Part shown: one piece after another, positions 30,609 to 35,906 of the stretch | Numbering within the stretch: the first letter of the stretch is position 1 | Layout: every line of letters begins with the position of its first letter | Source: Myxococcota bacterium | Lineage (GTDB): Bacteria > Myxococcota_A > Polyangia > Polyangiales > Sandaracinaceae | Length of the DNA: 35,906 nucleotides | Reading direction: 5' to 3' | Assembly (NCBI GenBank): GCA_036149055.1 | Contig: JAYZQJ010000018.1 | Coordinates: 1-35,906, forward strand | Made by a program: the position numbers and the translations under genes | The notes under the pieces: generated by a model | Seen by the model: the letters and a program-made list of their open reading frames with translations, nothing else | What the model was told of the DNA's origin: nothing | Databases searched by the model: none

Positions 30609-30863
30609 GCGCGGAGGATAGCAGGCGCGGGGCCTCCGGCTCTTTCTGTTCCAGAGCCGCGCGCTCGTGTTAGCGTCCATCCAAGGATTGGGACCCTTCA
30701 GGGGTCCTCCCTGCACGCCGTCGTGGCCCCCATTCACGCAGCTCCGATTTGGGGGGAGAGCCCGGATTGGATATCCTCGAAGCGAACGGAATTCCGGTGG
30801 GGGTTTTCAAACGGGGGCGTCGGACCCATCTTGTTGGACGAGTAGCGGAGGGGAGCTGAGCCC

Positions 30864-31040
30864 ATGCTGCCTTCTTTCATCATCGACCAGATTCGACGGC
30901 GAGAAGACGACGAGCGACGGCGACAGGACGCGCCGGTGCGCGAGCTCGAGCTTCCGCTCCCCATGCCGCGGGACCACCGCCCGGCGGGCGGTGACGACGA
31001 GCCCGAGCGCGGGGTCGTGATCATCGATCTCGGGGCGTAG
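30864..31040 (+). CDS. Small hypothetical protein, 58 aa (not in the ORF track)
   Basis: MLPSFIIDQIRRREDDERRRQDAPVRELELPLPMPRDHRPAGGDDEPERGVVIIDLGA*; GGAGGGGAG SD upstream; fills the gap and ends 6 nt from the convergent SDR stop. Confidence 0.75.
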   Translation: MLPSFIIDQIRRREDDERRRQDAPVRELELPLPMPRDHRPAGGDDEPERGVVIIDLGA

Positions 31041-31046
31041 CCCCCG

Positions 31047-31892
31047 TCACCCTCGGGTGACCTCGGACCACGCCTGGGCCAGCGCCTCGGGCGTGGGCGG
31101 CGCGCCTTCGGCGAACCAGCCGGGCGTCTCCCTCCCGTGCAGCGCGTAGTAGCGGGTCCCGGCCACGCCGAGGACCTCCCCGCTGACCTCGCGCGCGTGG
31201 TCCGAGGCGAGGAACACCGCCACCGGAGCCACGAACTCGGGCCCCATGGAGTCGGGCGCGATCCCGGTGAACAGCGGCAGCTTCTCGGTGCTCCGGGTGC
31301 GCGCGGTCGGGGCGATGGCGTTGACCCGGATGGCGTGCTTGCGGAGCTCGATCGCGGCGCTCCGGACGAGGCCGGCGATGGCGGCCGAGGTGGCGCCGAG
31401 GGCCGACTGGCGCGCCGCGCCGAAGAACGCGGCGGGGCCGGTGTGGAGCACGATGGAGCCGCCGTCGCCGGCGTCGATCATCGCGCGCGCGGCGTGTCGG
31501 ACGAGGGCGAAGCTGCCCTTCACGTGCACGTCGATCATCCGGTCGAGCCCGGCGTCGTCCATCTTCATCACCGTGCGGTCGAGGGCGAGGCCGGCGGCGC
31601 CGACCACCGCGTCGACGCGCCCCCACGTCTCGAGCGCGCGGGAGACGATCTGCGCGGCCCCGGTGGCCACGTCGGTGTCGTCCGCGATCGCGTCCGCCCC
31701 GGCCTCCCGGAGCTCGGCCGCGACCGCCTCGGCGACCGCGGGATCGTGACCCTCGCCGCGCAGATCGCAGCCGAGGTCGTTCACCAGCACCTTGGCCCCC
31801 GCCGCCGCCAGCGCGCGCGCGTGCGCGCGACCGACGCCGCGACCGCCCCCGACGACGACGGCGACCTTCCCGTCGAGCACCTGACTCACCAT
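31047..31892 (-). CDS. SDR family NAD(P)-binding protein with degenerate catalytic motif
   Basis: LDGKVAVVVGGGRGVG, VLVNDLG, WGRVDAVV, IRVNAIAP, VAPVAVFLAS; AGGAG SD; the YxxxK position reads LGATS. Confidence 0.9.
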   Translation of the reverse strand: MVSQVLDGKVAVVVGGGRGVGRAHARALAAAGAKVLVNDLGCDLRGEGHDPAVAEAVAAELREAGADAIADDTDVATGAAQIVSRALETWGRVDAVVGAAGLALDRTVMKMDDAGLDRMIDVHVKGSFALVRHAARAMIDAGDGGSIVLHTGPAAFFGAARQSALGATSAAIAGLVRSAAIELRKHAIRVNAIAPTARTRSTEKLPLFTGIAPDSMGPEFVAPVAVFLASDHAREVSGEVLGVAGTRYYALHGRETPGWFAEGAPPTPEALAQAWSEVTRG

Positions 31893-31908
31893 GTCACTCC
31901 TCTACTCT

Positions 31909-33858
31909 TCACTCGATCAGGGCGCTGGCGCGGAAGACGAAGCCCTGACCCGCGCTCCAGCGATCGTTGGAGCCCGAGCCGACCACCCGCCAGTACATGA
32001 CGAGCGAGTCGTCGCCGCGCGCGGTGTCGGCCAGCTGGTCGCCGGCGCCGAAGGGCGCGCAGCCGTCGCTCGCCGGGTCCTCGCCGGGGCCGCACGCCCG
32101 GCTCTGCTCCGTGCTGTGGAAGAGGCCCACGTAGTGCCCGATCTCGTGGGCGAGCACGTGCCCGACGAGCCGGGCGCCGGTCCCGCCGGAGCCGACGACG
32201 CTCGGGTCGAACGCGGCGACCACGCCGCTGTGCTGGGTCCCGTGGAGGCCGACCGGGCCGGGGATGCCGCCGGCCACGCCGAGGGCCGCGAACCCTCCGC
32301 CCCGCGAGTCGATCGAGCGCACGAGGAAGATGTTCAGCACCCGCCCGCTCGAGACGCCGCCGCTCAGCCGGAAGAGCCCGGCCAGCTCGCTCGACTCTCC
32401 CTCGGTCGAGTCGATGACCTGGTAGCGGCTCGCGTCGGCGCCGGTCACGTCGAAGTAGCGCACCGCGCCGAGGCTGACCCCGGTCGGCGCGAGCCGATCG
32501 GAGAGCCGGCCGAGCGCCGTCTGCACGCGGCTGTTCGAGGGCGCGGAGGTCGCGGTCACGCCGACGCCCACGAGGAAGATGTTCAGGTCGAGCGTCCCGC
32601 CGGTGACGGCGCCGCCCGCGGCCCGCTTCACGAGCGCGCTGATCTGCATCGAGGCCGAGCCGCTGTCCCCCATCGAGCGCGGGTACGTGTTCACGCTCAC
32701 CCGATGGCGCCCGGCCACGAACGCGACCCGGTCGGGGGTCGTGTTCGGGATCAGCATCGCGATGCTCTCGCCGGTGTCGACGGGCAGCCAGCGGATCGGC
32801 TGATCGTTGAGCATCAAGATCTCGCGCACGTCGAAGAGCATGGCGTCCGCGGGGTCCTGCACCGTCGAGAAGCCGAGCGGCAGCGGATCGCCCCCGGTGC
32901 GGCGGGCCTGCAGCGTGACGCTCACCGCGTCGGGCGGGGCGGCGAAGGTGAGGTCCTCGAGGAAGCCCGCGCGCAGCGTCGCCGCGCCGAGGTCGATCTC
33001 GTCGATCTGCACGGCGCCGCTCCGCGGCGGGTAGCCGCAGCCCGAGAAGGTGGCGCTCGTCCCCGCCCGCGGCAGCGTCGTGCAGACCTGGCCGGTGAGG
33101 CAGTAGCTGTCGTCGCTGCACACCTCGGTGCACTGCCCCTCCTGGCAGATGCGAGCGCCGCACTGGTCGTCGGAGGTGCAGGCGGCGCCGACCGGGCGGC
33201 CCCCCTCGGGGAAGGGCACGCACACGCTGCGCGAGGGGTCGTCCACCCGCACCGAGCAGCCGTACTCGGTCGCGAACACGAAGCACGCGTCGGCCGAGGC
33301 GCACTCCACCGAGCACGCGCCGCCGAGCGCCGGAGGCAAGCACACGCCGCTCTCGCACTCGCCGTCCCCGGCGCAGGGCGCGCCCGGGGGCAGCATCAGC
33401 CCGCCGTCCGGCGGCGCGGCGACGCAGCGGAAGCCGCTGCACAGCTGGCCCGGGGCGCAGTCGCTCGCGTCGGCGCACTCCGCGCCCTCGCAGCGCCCGT
33501 CGGCGCAGGTCGCGCCCTCTCCGCCGCAGTCCGCGTCCCGGGTGCAGGCCGGGCGACAGGCGCCGCGCCAGCAGTCGTAGCCGTCCCGACAGGCGTCGTC
33601 GCTCGCGCACGCGGCGAGGCAGAGGGGCGGCGAGGTCGCGTCGCTGCAGACCCCGCCGGTCGGGCACGTGCCGTCCTCGCAGGTGAGCGTGCAGTAGCCG
33701 CCGGGGAACGTGTCGTTGGACACGCAGCCGAGGCCGCCCGCGCAGACCCCGTCGGGGCACGGGGCGCCGAGGGTGGACGCGCCGCCGTCGGGGGCGTGGG
33801 ATTCGCCACAGCCAAGGGCGACCAGCGTCGCCATGATGCAGAGGAGCAGAGGTCGCAT
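31909..33858 (-). CDS. Cys-rich repeat lipoprotein with metzincin zinc-metalloprotease domain (pappalysin/M43-like)
   Basis: Lipobox VALGC; repeated CxxDxxCxxGxxC units; GVAGGIPG; HEIGHYVGLFH zinc motif; candidate Met-turn LVMYW. Confidence 0.82.
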   Translation of the reverse strand: MRPLLLCIMATLVALGCGESHAPDGGASTLGAPCPDGVCAGGLGCVSNDTFPGGYCTLTCEDGTCPTGGVCSDATSPPLCLAACASDDACRDGYDCWRGACRPACTRDADCGGEGATCADGRCEGAECADASDCAPGQLCSGFRCVAAPPDGGLMLPPGAPCAGDGECESGVCLPPALGGACSVECASADACFVFATEYGCSVRVDDPSRSVCVPFPEGGRPVGAACTSDDQCGARICQEGQCTEVCSDDSYCLTGQVCTTLPRAGTSATFSGCGYPPRSGAVQIDEIDLGAATLRAGFLEDLTFAAPPDAVSVTLQARRTGGDPLPLGFSTVQDPADAMLFDVREILMLNDQPIRWLPVDTGESIAMLIPNTTPDRVAFVAGRHRVSVNTYPRSMGDSGSASMQISALVKRAAGGAVTGGTLDLNIFLVGVGVTATSAPSNSRVQTALGRLSDRLAPTGVSLGAVRYFDVTGADASRYQVIDSTEGESSELAGLFRLSGGVSSGRVLNIFLVRSIDSRGGGFAALGVAGGIPGPVGLHGTQHSGVVAAFDPSVVGSGGTGARLVGHVLAHEIGHYVGLFHSTEQSRACGPGEDPASDGCAPFGAGDQLADTARGDDSLVMYWRVVGSGSNDRWSAGQGFVFRASALIE

Positions 33859-33955
33859 TCGCCGGGGGAGCATACACCGCGATCGGTGACGGTTCCGTGC
33901 CCGCCCGGGCTTTCCCCTGTACGCTCCCGGGAGCGGTGCGCACGCCCATCCTCAA

Positions 33956-35335
33956 ATGACCACGAGACTCGCGAGCTACGACCTGGTTCGAAAGATCGCC
34001 GCCGGCGGCATGGCGGAGATCTTCCTCGCGCGACAGTGGGGCGAGGGCGGCTTCTTCCGCGACGTCGTCATCAAGCGGCTGTTCCCGCACCTGGCCGAGC
34101 ACTCGCGGCAGCTCCGCATGTTCCAGGACGAGGCGCGGCTCCTCTCCGAGCTGGCCCACCCGAACATCCCGCAGGTCTACGACATCGGCTTCGCCGACGG
34201 CTACTGGTACATCGCCATGGAGTACGTCGAGGGCCTCACCGTCGCCGATCTCTGGCGGCTCGGGGCCAAGGCGGGGGCGGTGATGCCGATGAACGTGGCG
34301 GTCGCCGTCGTCGTGCAGGCCTGTGAGGCGCTGCATCACGCGCACGAGCGCCGGGATCGCGCCGGGCGGCCGCTCCGCATCGTCCACCGCGACGTCACCC
34401 CGCACAACATCATGCTCACGCGCGACGGCGTGGCGAAGCTGATGGACTTCGGCGTCGCGGCGACCAGCGCGCGCAAGGACACCGAGGCCGGCGCGGTGCG
34501 CGGGACCTTCGCCTACATGGCGCCCGAGCAGGTGCGCGGGAAGCCGCTCGACAAGCGCGCCGACGTCTTCGCCCTCGGGGTCGTGCTCTACGAGCTCACC
34601 ACCGGGACCCGCCTCTTCCGCGGCAGCGACGTCCAGATCATGACCCAGGTGGTCGAGCAGGACGCCGCGCCGCCCTCCACGGTGGTGCCGGGCTACCCGC
34701 CGGACCTGGAAGAGATCGTGCTCGCGGCCTTACAGCGGGATCGCAGCCACCGGATGCCGAGCGCCGCCCACCTGGCGATGTACCTCGAAGAGCTCTCGAT
34801 GCGGAACGGCATGCTCGTCGGTCCGCGCGCCATCGCACGCTACTTCGGCTCGGTGGCGCCGGCGGAGCGCATCCGAGAGGAGGAGCTCGGCATCGTCGAG
34901 GCCGATCCGCCGCGGCTCGAGGTGGTGCCGGACTCCGAGGCGCGCCGCGTCTGGGGACAAGAGGAAGAGGTCTTGCCCGACATCGACGAGGGCGCGCTCC
35001 TCGACGACCTCCAGCTCCTGAGCGTGCCCGACGAGCCGCGCGGCGGTCACACCCCCGCGCCGCTGGACCTCGCGGGCGACTCGAACGACGCGATGAACCT
35101 CGACGAGCTCGTCGACGGACCCTCGCTCAGCCTCGAGGACTCCGGCTCGCTGATGCTCGACGGCTTCGGCGGCGCCGACGAGACGGGCAAGAACCGCCCG
35201 GTGGTCCTCCTCGACGACTCCGCGCGCAAGAAGCGCGAGCGCGCGGACGACAGCCACCCGCGCACCAAGGCCAAAGAGGGCGCGGACTACTTCGAAGAGC
35301 TCGAGCGCCGCTTCGCCACCGAAGGCGACGACTAG
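33956..35335 (+). CDS. Cytoplasmic Ser/Thr protein kinase with acidic tail
   Basis: IAAGGMAEIF, VVIKR, HRDVTPHN, DFG, GTFAYMAPEQ, DVFALG. Confidence 0.93.
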   Translation: MTTRLASYDLVRKIAAGGMAEIFLARQWGEGGFFRDVVIKRLFPHLAEHSRQLRMFQDEARLLSELAHPNIPQVYDIGFADGYWYIAMEYVEGLTVADLWRLGAKAGAVMPMNVAVAVVVQACEALHHAHERRDRAGRPLRIVHRDVTPHNIMLTRDGVAKLMDFGVAATSARKDTEAGAVRGTFAYMAPEQVRGKPLDKRADVFALGVVLYELTTGTRLFRGSDVQIMTQVVEQDAAPPSTVVPGYPPDLEEIVLAALQRDRSHRMPSAAHLAMYLEELSMRNGMLVGPRAIARYFGSVAPAERIREEELGIVEADPPRLEVVPDSEARRVWGQEEEVLPDIDEGALLDDLQLLSVPDEPRGGHTPAPLDLAGDSNDAMNLDELVDGPSLSLEDSGSLMLDGFGGADETGKNRPVVLLDDSARKKRERADDSHPRTKAKEGADYFEELERRFATEGDD

Positions 35336-35339
35336 CCGG

Positions 35340-35576
35340 TCACCCCGGCGGCCGCACCGGCTCGCCCTCGCCCGGGCAGGGCAAGACGAGCGACGGCTCC
35401 TCCGCGCAGAACCCGTTCACGCAGACCGTGAGCAGCCCACAGGTCTCACCCGCGTTGCAGTCGTCGATCTGCTCGCACGCCACCCCCATCCCCGGGGCCG
35501 GCGCGTCCGGCTCGCGCGGGCAACCGGTGAGCGCCACGAGCGCCACCGCGACCATGAGCCAACGAGAGATCCGCAT
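35340..35576 (-). CDS. Small Cys-rich lipoprotein (78 aa)
   Basis: MRISRWLMVAVALVALTGC lipobox; CEQIDDCNAGETC...CVNGFC. The upstream in-frame extension is repeat DNA. Confidence 0.75.
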   Translation of the reverse strand: MRISRWLMVAVALVALTGCPREPDAPAPGMGVACEQIDDCNAGETCGLLTVCVNGFCAEEPSLVLPCPGEGEPVRPPG

Positions 35577-35682
35577 CGCCCCCACGATAGCGCCGATCCC
35601 CCCTCCCGTCGCCCTCGTCTTCGGCCGGGAAAAGGGAGAGGGGAGGAGGGAGGCGAGGAGGAATGGCCCAGGCGAGTCGGCG

Positions 35683-35820
35683 CCGAGCCCGACCCCCGAC
35701 ACCGAGCCCGACACCGCGTCCGAGTCCGAGTCCGCGTCCGAGTCCGACACCGAGTCCGACACCGAGTCCGAGTCCGAGTCCGAGCCCGAGCCCGACACCG
35801 AGTCCGACACCGAGCCCGAG
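35683..35820. repeat. Hexamer tandem repeat CCGA(GT/CA/GC)
   Basis: Run of roughly 20 CCGAGT/CCGACA/CCGAGC/CCGCGT units in an intergenic position. Confidence 0.9.
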
Positions 35821-35906
35821 GAGAGGCGAGAGCCGAGAGCGGAGAGGGGCAGGCCGAGAGACGAGGGACGGAACCACGCCAGTCGGGGAAAGGCGGCCAG
35901 CGAGCG

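Noticed and set aside
35683..35820. Possible CRISPR array
   Set aside because: 6-bp tandem units with no unique spacers and no cas genes.
35577..35877. Ser-Asp repeat (Sdr-like) or LGLGV protein
   Set aside because: Translations of the hexamer repeat. The lipoprotein signal peptide begins at 35576.

Overview
Very GC-rich chromosomal DNA from a myxobacterium-like genome. Polyangiales/Sandaracinaceae-like is my inference from the three Hanks kinases, an FHA-GAF sigma54 activator, bactofilins, and HEAT and Cys-rich lipoproteins. There are about 32 CDS and no rRNA, tRNA, CRISPR array, transposase or integrase. Housekeeping genes: metB-type cystathionine gamma-synthase, ihfB, gshA, pyrE, rsmA, atoE, and a MoxR-DUF58-DUF4350 operon. 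Highlights: (1) a complete eukaryote-type 6-phosphofructo-2-kinase/fructose-2,6-bisphosphatase with intact catalytic motifs; (2) five exported or membrane-anchored HEAT/alpha-solenoid-type proteins, one a beta-propeller + alpha-solenoid lipoprotein; (3) a -10 box 6-7 nt before six start codons, suggesting leaderless mRNAs; (4) a kinase with FHA-ligand-like Thr motifs tail-to-tail with an FHA sigma54 activator; (5) an SDR lacking its catalytic Tyr/Lys; (6) a 58-aa ORF absent from the ORF track; (7) a dispersed intergenic repeat family at both window ends. All family calls are by-eye motif recognition; no searches were run.
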